Shown here: positions 1 to 9,959 of the stretch, piece by piece
Position numbering within the stretch: the first letter of the stretch is position 1
How the letters are laid out: each line of letters begins with the position of its first letter
NCBI GenBank assembly: GCA_003990765.1
Contig: RBNJ01000230.1
Span: 1-36,070 of the forward strand
Length of the DNA stretch: 36,070 nt
Source: Jimgerdemannia flammicorona
Taxonomy: Eukaryota
Direction of reading: 5' to 3'
Notes under the pieces: generated by a model
The model's input: only the letters and a program-made list of their open reading frames with translations
Databases searched by the model: none
What the model was told of the DNA's origin: nothing
Made by a program: the position numbers and the translations under genes

Positions 1-67
1 TTTTTTTAGTCTCTTGGACTTCGTCTTTATTACCAGTCTATGAATAAGTATACAATATAACCACCCA

Positions 68-3000
68 CTAACCAATCCCCATCGGGGGGCCCCACCCTTC
101 CTCCTCATGTATAAAGACTACCCTCTCACCAACAACTCCAACTCTCCCACCACTCTGACCACAGATTTTCACCACTAAGCGGTACCTCCGACCCCCCTGC
201 AGCCCCCAGCCAAGCCACCATCCCGTCAAGGTATCCTCCATAAGAAACTGCCACCTTGCTAACCTGCTCCCCAAGCTCTGTCACTTCTCCTCCTCAAATA
301 CAAATAGCCAGTGTCCGGCCAGCCCAATCCAAATAGCCAATGCCCAGCCTAACGTAATCCACTCTTCCCCTACCCCTCCTATCAATCGATCCCTCAGGTC
401 CTCCCACCTCCCCCGTACATCATCACCCCTATGCCTTACCCCCAAGCAGTCCCCAATGGCCTGCCAAAAGTCTCCCAACACCTCACACTCCCCTAGCCAA
501 TGTTCTGGCGTCTGTACCAATCCCCCTTCCTGCCCTACATTATGGCATTCCTCGCAGTCAAAGCAGCCTCTGACCACAAGGTGTCCAGAGCAGAAGTTAA
601 GCATCACATTCCTCCTCAGAACACGCCACCAGACTATCCAGTACTTCAGCGGCATCCAATTTTTCACTGCGGCACTCCAGGTCCAAACCCCATACCAGTC
701 CCACTCCTCACCAATTCCAACTCCTTGCCAACCGCTAGGCCACAGATCCTGGCCTGGTCCCCTTTGGCATTTGATGCCATCACTAATGTTGAACTCCAGT
801 AAAGGCACGCCCCCCAGAAGAATACAATCCCACCTCCACATCACCAGGCCCCAAGCCCTCTCCCCCTCATCCCCTCACTAGCGAATACCAATGCGGTGAG
901 CCCCCTCAGCTATACCCCACCAGAAGCCTTTATATCTCAGTTGCGCAGTGTTCTGAAGCCCAATCAATGAAAGAAGATCACCAGTCAAGCCTCTAGGTGA
1001 TGTCCTACCCTCCCATATCTTCTGCAGCAAGGGGACCCAGCCCCCTCCACGCAACTCCACTGCCCTCCTCAGCCACCACGCCCACAAGCAGTGTAGTCTT
1101 TTGGGGAAGTCCACCAGCCCATGACCACCTCTTGTCACTGGTAGGGACAGAGTCTCCCAACCAATCTGACTCTGTCTGCCAGCCCAAATCCATCCCTTGG
1201 CCACCTTCACCAATCTCTTCACCACCCAGGCTGGGAAGTCCAGATGATAGGTCAAATACCACAGCTTCGGCAGCCAGTAATCATTCAAAATCGAGATCCT
1301 TCCTGCCAGAGAGAAGTGTCTACCTCTCCAACCCCGCAGGTCTTCCTCCCAAATTCCAATCCTCTGCTCCCACCACAGTCTGGGCAAAACAGACCCATAG
1401 ACCGACAGATAGATGCCCAAGTACCACACTGCCTCTCCGGTGGGGACAATTGTTCCAATAACTTCCCCACCCACCAAGCTATTGCCCAGCACCATTGTCT
1501 CACACTTGTGCCAATTCAGCTTTGCCCCAGAGTTCACCTCATACCACTCCACTGTCTTCTGGAGCTCCTTGACATCTGCAGTCACCCCCAAACCAACCAC
1601 CATATTGTCCACAAAGGCTCCAACCTTCCAGCCAATTCTATAGATAGATAGCCCCACTATCCTCCGCCGAATCCTGTCCATGAGGGGTTCCAAAGAAAGA
1701 GCATACAAAATGGGGGACAGTGGGTCCCCCTGGGGCACTCCCCTGCCCAGAGAAAAAGCCACCCCTCGATGTCCATTGCACACCAGCGCAGCCCTACTCC
1801 TTTCCAGTAGGCTGACCATTACCGATCGAAATGAGGCCGGAACTCCAATTCTATCCAATACTTTCGCCAGCCAGACCCACCATACCTGGTTATAAGCCTT
1901 CTCCTGATCCAAGAAGACAAGATGCCCATCTAGTCCACAGGCTCGAGCACCTTCAATAACTCCATGCACCCAGGCCGTGCCATCTCTAATGAGCTGACCC
2001 CCGATGAAGCCCCTCTGTTCAACACCCACAATCTGCTGGGCCACCTTCTGTAGCCTTGCCACCACCACCTTAGTCACCAACTTCCTATCCATATCTAACA
2101 GCATTATCGGCTGCCAGTTCCTCCAATCCTCTCACCTTCTCTTGTTCTTATAGAGCAGCATCACCAGCCCAAGGTCTTGCTCCCCCACCCATCTCCCTGA
2201 CTGCAATATAGAGTCACACAGTGCTGTCAACTCCCCCAATATACTCGGGACTCCAACCATTCGCTTTCAGAAATCCCAGGGGAGGCCATCCTCCCCAGGC
2301 GCTATACCTGAGGCTGTCGCGGCAAGAACCTGGTGGATCTCGTCCTCCTTTACTGGCATCACCAGATCACTTAGTCCCTCAGCCTGTGGTGGGTGCCAAT
2401 CTTCTAATGTTTGGTCAATGGCTGTAGCATCTGCCCCACCCTCCTCTTCACTCCACAATCCACTCCATCGCGCCTTCAGCATTCCAAGGATGTCCTGTAC
2501 ACCATGCACTAGTACATCATCTGAGTCAAGTACCCCTTCCCACCGCTGTTGTACCCTTCTCGCCCGAAGTGTCCTTGTGAGAAACTTGGAAGGCCTCTCC
2601 CCTTCCTTCACCCCCTACCAATGAAGCCGAGCCACCAGGCCTTGCACCCTTGACTCTTCCTCTTCTCGCAGTACCTGTTGCAGTTCCCCAACCTCCATCC
2701 TTACCCTCGCAATTCTCCAATCCTCTTCTCCCTCCACTGCAGCCAGTCTCGCCCATTCCTCTAGGAGCCTAGCCAACCTAGTAGAAGCCCAATGTACTTT
2801 CTGCCTTCACTGCTTCCCAGCCACTCTGCCAACCTCGCTCCAATACATCCTGGCCATTTCTTTCATCCTCATCCACCGAACCCCAATCACTGCCCCTTCC
2901 TGCCACCAATTCGCCACCTTCAGCTGAATGTCTTTCGCCCACTCCTCCCACCGGACCTCATCATCTAACAAGGAGGAATTCAGGCGCCAATGTCCAGGCC

Positions 3001-3724
3001 CATCTCTACTTCCCCCAAAAAACCCCTGTCCCAAGAGACCCCAGTGATCCGACCACGGGCACCATTCAACCTCTAACACCTTCCAGACATCATGGCCCCA
3101 ACAGTCGGCTGTCAGAATCCAGTCAATCCTTGTCCCCAGACCTCCAACCCAATGCGTATATACTCTCCTGTCCCCCCAGTGCTCCCTACTAGCATCCACC
3201 AGTACTCCTAGCCTTTCAACCTCCTCCCACGTCGCTAACCCCCCACTCCTGCTCTCCGCACCCCATCCTCCATCAGTTCTATCCAGTTGTACATCCCGAA
3301 CCATATTGAAATCTCCTCCAAGCATATCCAACCCAGCTTCAGCAAGGATCCCACTCTCCAGTAGCCCTTTCACCCATTCCACATGCTCCCCCCGCACTGC
3401 AGGGCAGTAACAGGAGCCAACTGTGACTGGCTCCCAACCTGCTCGAATCCACTCACCCCAGACCAGTCTCTCCCCCCAGCTCCTCACATCCTTGATCTCC
3501 CCTCTGCCTTTCCAGACCAGAATCCCAACCTTGCTGTTCCAAATCGCCATGCCACCCCATTCCTTAGTCCATTTCATCCTATCAGCATCATCCTTGCACC
3601 TGACATCCTGCAAGAGGAAGAGATCGGCCTCCAATCCCTTCAACTAAAGAAAAATGTTCCTGCATCTAGCTGCGCCCCTAAGCCCATTCACGTTCAAAGA
3701 AAAAATGTTGGTTGTACTGTTCAT
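68..3724 (-). pseudogene. LINE1 ORF2 (APE endonuclease, reverse transcriptase, C-terminal CCHC), about 1219 codons, broken by nonsense codons
   Basis: ATG at 3724 gives MNSTTNIFSLNVNGLR. APE motifs LQD, GGDFN, RID, SDH; RT motifs PGEDGLP, DQEKAYN, GVPQGDPLSP, FVDN, YLGI; zinc motif CEEC...HWLGEC. Track ORFs 2807-3643, 2267-2611, 878-2104, 281-844 and 68-274 are all in one frame. Confidence 0.92.
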
Positions 3725-3754
3725 AATGAAATACAGTTTGTTCTCGATCAATCC

Positions 3755-5785
3755 CTACTGCTCCATGCCCCTTTCCTCCCGTGCCGTGTCCAGATTATGT
3801 TCAGCCATCACCTCCTCCTCTTCGGCCCTCTGAGCCTCCAGTCCAGCCAACAGCTCATTCATCTCCTCATCAGCCTTCTCCTCAAACTCCTCACGGTACT
3901 CGATGCAAGCCTCCTGCCAAAGTTGCAACCCATGACGCCTGTTCCAACAGTATTCAGTCTTCTCCCCCGTGACCACTGCCAACTCTGCCTCCCTCTCCTT
4001 ATCCACCTCATACCCTTCCTCTGCCAGGTACACTGTGAGAATTTCCGCCTTTAGTGCCATCGCCACTCCTTCCCCCTGCAAAATTCTCGTCCAGTGCTCA
4101 TCACCCATCCCACGCAAGTCCACCTCCCCCAGCTCGTCTGCCGCCAGGTTATTCATCATCCGGCACATCCAAAGTAGGTTCCCCACCTCCTTCCCACCCG
4201 GGGTCGCCAGCCTCCCTCCATCCAGCATCGTGGTGTCCACTCCCGTACTCACGTCCTCATCCCACACCTCCGGGACATCTACCAGTTCCTCCTCCCCTGC
4301 TGCCCCCACTTGATCCCCATCCAATGCCTCCAGAATGCTGAATTTCACCTGCTGGATTCCCAGCATCATCACGTCCTCCCCAGGCTTGTTCCTGGAAGCC
4401 GGGCCACGCCTGATTAGAGGGGAAGGGGTGGGGGAGTTCTCCCAGCCGGCGTCCCAAATCTCCAAGGTGCCGTCAGCATATAGGTCTTGAATCTCCACTT
4501 CCTTAGCCTTTCCGGACCCTGCCCCTTCATTCCCACTCCTCTCACCAGCCCAGACACTCGCTCTGGCCCCTTCTGTACCTGTCTCCATACTCGCAACCTT
4601 CTGATGACCACCCCCCAGCTTGGCCAGCAAATCCTTCTGCCTCTTCCGCCCTTGAGCCCTTTCCCACTGCACCTTGTCCACTCGAATCCTCTTTCCATCC
4701 ACTACCTCCAGGAGCGTCGACTCCTCGAAAGCCTTCCAGGCCTTAGCTCGCCATTCCACAGCCCCATCCAGCTCCTCCAGCGCTTCCAATAAATCTTCCT
4801 CCTCTTCATCACTCCCTTTCACCCGTATCACCTTGCAAAGAAAAGCCCCCCAGACCAACACCGAAGGCCAGTCCCTCGTCTTCCCGGTAGCCTCTTTCCC
4901 AGCTAGCCGAATCCTCACATCCACATCTCCAGTCCTGAGTGCGGTCCCTTCCCAGACCCTGAATCTGATATCTACCACCTCGCCATACTCTGCCATGACA
5001 TCCTCCACTCTCTTCCTTGTCTCCATCGCCGTCACCATGGGTACTCCTTTCACCAGCAGTTGGACCACTCTCGGATCCCATTTCAAACACCTTGCCATTG
5101 GAACATACACCTCCCCAACCACTAACCCAACCTTCAGCGCCTCCTCCAGTGGTTCTACCTCCTCAAATCCCACCTCCACCCCCTCCAGTCCCTTCAGAAA
5201 CTTCACCGAAGCCACTCCTGCCACCTGCTTAGTAATAAGCCCCAACACCATTTTTGCCGTTACTGCTAAGCCCCTGAAGCACAGCGTGACTGCGAATGCC
5301 GAGATCGACTTCTTGAGTAATGGAGCTACCGCCAGTCTCATTACACCATCCGCCAGATCCCCGGACCTCGTGCCCTTCCCACTGCTTAGCTCACCATCAG
5401 CAGTCCTATCTAGATTTTTTTCCAGATCACCCGTTACACCCCCATCAGCAGTCCCCGCCCCAGCCGCTACCCCCCCAGCTCCACTCCTATGGCCCTCCAG
5501 AGAGGCACCTCCAAGCGGTTGCTGCCTGGAAGCTGCTACCGGTACCTTCTCCCCTCTCAGCCAGCTCTCCAGTCCAGCTCCCTGTCGACCCCCCTTCACC
5601 TTCTCTACAAAGCTCACCCTGCCAGACCCTTGACCTCCAGCTCCACCCCCTCTTCCACCATGGCCCCCTGCCAGCAGGCCCCTCATACTTCCCCCCAAGC
5701 CGGGACCTCTCCCCACTTGCTGCCAGTCAAACGCTCCAGGGCCACCCTGCCCAGTACGCACCTCCAGATGCTCGTTGGTCACCAT
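3755..5785 (-). CDS. LINE1 ORF1 (676 aa; RRM-like centre, acidic C-terminus)
   Basis: Intact ORF directly upstream of ORF2, with RRM-like LLVKGVP...MAEYGEVVDIRF. Homologous to the decayed ORF1 of LINE2 (FLKGLEGVEVGFE vs FLKGKEEVEIEFE). Confidence 0.85.
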   Translation of the reverse strand: MVTNEHLEVRTGQGGPGAFDWQQVGRGPGLGGSMRGLLAGGHGGRGGGAGGQGSGRVSFVEKVKGGRQGAGLESWLRGEKVPVAASRQQPLGGASLEGHRSGAGGVAAGAGTADGGVTGDLEKNLDRTADGELSSGKGTRSGDLADGVMRLAVAPLLKKSISAFAVTLCFRGLAVTAKMVLGLITKQVAGVASVKFLKGLEGVEVGFEEVEPLEEALKVGLVVGEVYVPMARCLKWDPRVVQLLVKGVPMVTAMETRKRVEDVMAEYGEVVDIRFRVWEGTALRTGDVDVRIRLAGKEATGKTRDWPSVLVWGAFLCKVIRVKGSDEEEEDLLEALEELDGAVEWRAKAWKAFEESTLLEVVDGKRIRVDKVQWERAQGRKRQKDLLAKLGGGHQKVASMETGTEGARASVWAGERSGNEGAGSGKAKEVEIQDLYADGTLEIWDAGWENSPTPSPLIRRGPASRNKPGEDVMMLGIQQVKFSILEALDGDQVGAAGEEELVDVPEVWDEDVSTGVDTTMLDGGRLATPGGKEVGNLLWMCRMMNNLAADELGEVDLRGMGDEHWTRILQGEGVAMALKAEILTVYLAEEGYEVDKEREAELAVVTGEKTEYCWNRRHGLQLWQEACIEYREEFEEKADEEMNELLAGLEAQRAEEEEVMAEHNLDTAREERGMEQ

Positions 5786-5858
5786 GATACTAGTAGCTTT
5801 TCTCTAGAAACTGTGTCGAAAGTGTTGCCAAAGGGTTGTGTAACCTGAATGTTGGGTC

Positions 5859-6262
5859 TAAAGTAGCTCAGAGAGATACTTAAAGGTTCAAGTATTCTTG
5901 AAAGATTTCTGAGAGAAAATATTCTGAGCTTTATTCAGACAGAGAATAAAGATATTTATATATAATCTGAAAAAAAGATCTGGAAGGATCTTAGAAAGAA
6001 AGAGAAATGTCAAGAAATAGGTTTTTGGCAAAACTGACAAATACTATTCTACAATGTTCTGAAAGATTCCATAACTAGCTAAGATAAGATACTTGGTACC
6101 AAAGAAAGATAAGAATATTTTAGTAGTATCTGGGTACTAAAAGAAGGTTTCTAAGTAAGTAGAAAATAGTAAAACATAGTAGAATGTTCAAGAAATAATA
6201 AGAAAAGACTAACTAAAAGATGTGAAAATGTACTATGACTAAATATGACTGTAAAATTGTTA
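5859..6262. repeat. degenerate LTR-like fragment
   Basis: AT-rich, CpG-free stretch with a - strand TATA-like motif (gatatttatata) in a context resembling the B LTR, and a possible decayed end near 6262. Weak support. Confidence 0.3.
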
Positions 6263-6540
6263 TATATAATATAAAATTCTCTTTAATCTATATAATAGAA
6301 AGGAGATAAAGTATACTCCTTTCTCTACTATTTTACTAATTACAAAGTATTAGTAGATAACTGTTTAGATCTCTTTTTCTCTAACTTTACTCTCTCTACT
6401 CTAGTGTTATTTGCTATATCTATTGAGAAAGACAATAGTGATAAGTTGCCTCTTTATTAGTATCAGATCAGTACTTTCTTTACTTTTTTATAATTTCTGA
6501 TATCTCTTGCTATATCTAGAGTATACTTATTTTAACATAG

Positions 6541-7931
6541 TGTAACGTGCCAGCTCAATAGAGGCAAATTACAAGGTTGGGGGTTGATGTAGTTTGGCTT
6601 GAGCCCCCAGTTACTTTGTTAAAAGCAACAAAATGTTCTTGGTGTTTAGCGGTATAATAGTCAAGATCTGGATACTGTGCAAGTGGTTTCCTTTTTGGGA
6701 TGGTTCTCTGGGTGTAGCGGTGATTTGTGTGTGAATGGGCTTCCTTCTTGGGTCAACTGGGAATGGTACAATTTGTGTAGCATGACGATCTCCCAAAAGT
6801 ATGCGATCTCTGGGTGTGATGGTCTGGCAATCTAGCAGTTCTCCTTATGCGATTTCTGTGTGACAATCTCTGTATAGCGCAGTGGTTTCCTTATGCGGGA
6901 CATTCTGATAATTTGGCAGATAACTCGATTTGGCTCACTGGGGATGTAGGGCATGAGTTCTTCTTCCGGAATAAGACTGGCGGCGGGTAACTCAATAACT
7001 CAGGCTCACTGGGAACAATGGGTAACTCGGATAACTCGGGTGACTCAGATAACTCAGATAACTCGGATAACTCAGATGTCACGGATCGGCTTCAACTGGG
7101 AATACTACTCGAAGGATGCGAGTTCTTCTAAATCGGGCTCTTCAGGGAATGCAGATAACTCAAAAGTGGCGGATGATGCAGATTTGGCAGGCTTCTTGAA
7201 AATGGTGGCTTAACTGGGAATTAACTTGGATGGCGCAGATTTGGCTTCGACTAGGAATATAGTGGATAACTCAAAAACGGCGGGTGACGCAGATAACTCG
7301 GATAGCGTGGATTCTTCCTGAATCGGCGGGCTTCTAACTGGGAAATGGCAGATAAAACTGGCAGCGTTCTTTGGGAAAGGGTCTCTTGGCAAAGTTACGT
7401 CAAAGACTGGCTTCATTTGCATGACAAATCACTGTGAAGTTGCATCAGAAACTGGCTTGAGCAAGGCAGCTTTTTAATGCGGTGGAAAAGGCAGAAATCT
7501 TCAGGCTTATCTGGCAAGCGAACCAAGGGTTTCTCTTCAAAGGCAGTGAAGTTCTTCTTGAACTTAGGTGGCAAATCTTCAGCTTTGTATCAGAAAGTGG
7601 ACCGGAGTGGGAATAAGGGGACCAATTGCTCAATCTTTAGAGGCTTCTTTGGTTTGCACTTCAATTTGGACTGAGGTTTTTATTCACTCTCACCTCTGGG
7701 GTAATTTATACAAGTTGGTTGCTATCTGGTTACTATGTGGCTAACTATAGATCTGCTACTTATGGCAGGTGTACAGAGTCTGTACAGGTAAACAGACCCT
7801 TTCTGGTATGTCTGGCTATTTATACAGTTTCCGCAGCAAGGGTTGCTGGTTACTAAGCTGAGTGTTCACGTCATCTTGTTCGCATCATCTGGTTAAGATA
7901 TGATTTGGGTGGTACATCTTGGCTTGTCACA
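6541..7931 (-). mobile_element. solo LTR-like element C (1391 bp)
   Basis: TGTAAC...GTCACA termini (TG..CA, near-perfect inverted ends), abrupt switch to CpG-containing composition, TATAAATA on the - strand near 7820. No matching TSD. Confidence 0.7.
7021..7077. repeat. 9-bp tandem repeat (ATAACTCRG)n inside element C
   Basis: ggtaactcg gataactcg ggtgactca gataactca gataactcg gataactca; dispersed GATAACTC copies near 6918, 7153, 7264 and 7292. Confidence 0.85.
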
Positions 7932-8364
7932 CTACTAATAATAGCTGAAGATAAAAAGATAGACTACTATATTTGAGATCTGAAAGGAAACACATAAGTT
8001 AAGGTCAAGCTAGAAGAGCCACAGATCCTCAATGAAGCTATGAAAATTATCAATAGGTTTGATATCATCACTTTTAACAACTGCTTTAAACCAGAATACT
8101 ATAAGAAGAACTATTTCAAGAACTATTACAAGAACTAACTCAAAGTAGTTAGCTCAGTACCAATAGATCTAGATACTATGAATAAGAAGAACAACAAGCT
8201 TATCTCAGAAGAGAAAGACTATTTAAAGAAATCTAGAGCTTATTTATTTTATTATTAAATAGAATACATTGTAACCAAATATTTAAAGAAGATAAGCAAA
8301 CTCTTAAGACCAGTTATAATATTGTCCAAAGATATACCTATCAACTTCACTATTAGTTAACCTA

Positions 8365-8778
8365 AACTTAAGATCAAGAAGCTTCACTTAAAGGCTCAGA
8401 TCTCTCAATATCAATCAGAAGAAGCTATTGGTCTTGACCTATACTCTGTCAAGTAAGTTACTATCTCAGCCAAAGACTGAACTCTAGTACCTACTAAAAT
8501 TGCAGTCTAATGTCCTAAAGAATATTATACTAGAATTGTACTATAATTAGAACTTAGTATTAAACATCATTTAGATATTAATACTGATGTTATTGATTCA
8601 GACTATTAAGGACAAGTTCAAGTCTTACTTATCAATTAGAAGAATCAAGATTATATAGTTAAGGAAGGAGACTAAGTTATATAAATAATCCTAGAGAAAA
8701 CCAGTTAATCCAAGATTATAGAAGTCCAAGAACTATCTGAAACTAAGTATAATCTAAAAGATTTTAATAGTACTAATC
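8365..8778 (+). pseudogene. dUTPase domain of Gypsy A
   Basis: KIKKLH...AIGLDLYS (motif I), RIVL*LELSIKH (II, from RIAPRSGLS), DVIDSDY*GQV (III), EGD*V (IV), KDFNST (V, from GFGST). Confidence 0.85.
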
Positions 8779-9831
8779 AAGCAACAAGTCTCACTGAAAA
8801 TTGAGCTCAAGTTATGCTCATTTTTAAAGGTCTAGTTAAAGGAAAAGAAGTTTAAGTACTTATAGACAATAGAGCTACAGAGAACTTTATCAACCAGAAC
8901 CTCATCAAAAACCTCAAGATTCTTACTAAGCCTGTACATAAGAATGATGATATACATAGTTACTACAGATAGTATACTATATCCTATAGAGTCAATTACA
9001 GCCAAGCTATCTATCAAGATTCAGAAATATTAGAAATAAGTAGACTTCAAGATTGCACTATTAGAAGATCATGATCTGATCTTAGAAAACCCTGGCTTAC
9101 TAAATATAATCTGAATATTGATTAGTATAAGAATGAAGTTACTTTACTTCAAGATAGACAAGTCTATGAATAAGACCTCTGTTGTAATACTGTTAGCAAT
9201 ATAGTATAAAAAAACACTCAAAAAGACAGTATATATCTTTATTGCAATAGTTTGTTCTAAGAAATAAGACAAAAAGTTATCAATTAATAAAAGTGTCAAG
9301 TTACTACTTAAAGAATTCAAGGATGTCTTTTCAGACAAGCTACTTGGTTTATAAGAAGTTGATCATAAAATTGAACTAACTTCAGGAGCTATACTATCTA
9401 AGAAGTATATGTACTATATATTACCTCTCAAAATTGAAGCAGTCAAGAAGGAACTAGAAGAATTACTTATATGAGAAGTCATTCAATCAAGCAAATCTCC
9501 CTATGACTCATCAGTCTTATTTGTCAAAAAGAAGAATAGTACTCTATGAATATATATAGACTACTGTATACTCAACAAGGTTAAGAACTGATATCTATTA
9601 CCCTTGATTGATCAAATCTTTGATACTCTCAAGAATGCTAAGTACTTTACCAAGTTAGACCTTATGTTGGGTTATTATCAAATCTGAATCAAGTTAGAAG
9701 ATATTTCTAAGACAATATTTATAACCTCCTTTAGACTCTACAAATTTCTAGTTCTAGTATTTGGTCTTATCAATATATCTACTATATTACAGACTCTTAT
9801 GAACAAGATATTTAAGGACTAACTATTTATT

Positions 9832-9846
9832 TTCTTATTAGTATAT
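9832..9846 (+). repeat. LINE2 TSD, left copy (right copy 15602-15616)
   Basis: ttcttattagtatat vs ttcttattgatatat; both derive from TTCTTATTGGTATAT (F-L-L-V-Y) by one G>A each. Confidence 0.8.
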
Positions 9847-9959
9847 ATATATATTTTATATAGTCACTCAGACTTTCATTTATTACTACTCAATCTATAA
9901 ATAATATATATTTACCTACAGCCTCTCAGCCAATGTCCCTTGGATCTCTCTCCCTACTC

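Larger units (their letters stand above)
1..5858 (-). mobile_element. LINE1: full-length L1/Tx1-like non-LTR retrotransposon
   Basis: Poly(A) remnant (T run 1-7) with AATAAA on the - strand (26-31), ORF1 plus APE-RT-CCHC ORF2. The 5' UTR (5808-5858) is similar to the 5' end of LINE2 (15541-15595). The left TSD lies outside the window. Confidence 0.93.
7932..9846 (+). mobile_element. Gypsy element A, 5' segment (gag C-terminus, dUTPase, protease, RT up to FLLVY), heavily decayed
   Basis: Decayed P(M)DLD at about 8160, CCHC remnant at about 8240-8285, protease VLIDNRATENFI (8856-8891), RT motifs SVLFVKKK, YLLPLIDQIFD, AKYFTKLDL..GYYQI. Confidence 0.88.

Noticed and set aside
4674..5633. 319-aa + strand ORF and other S/P/T-rich ORFs over LINE1 and LINE2
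   Set aside because: These are antisense shadows of G-rich LINE coding sequence with no domain motifs.
5859..5900. YxDD-type target at the LINE1 5' junction
   Set aside because: The flank is not RT-coding. This is recorded as counter-evidence to strict target specificity.
7021..7310. CRISPR-like or iteron array
   Set aside because: These are 9-bp tandem units without unique spacers in a eukaryotic TE context, with no cas genes.
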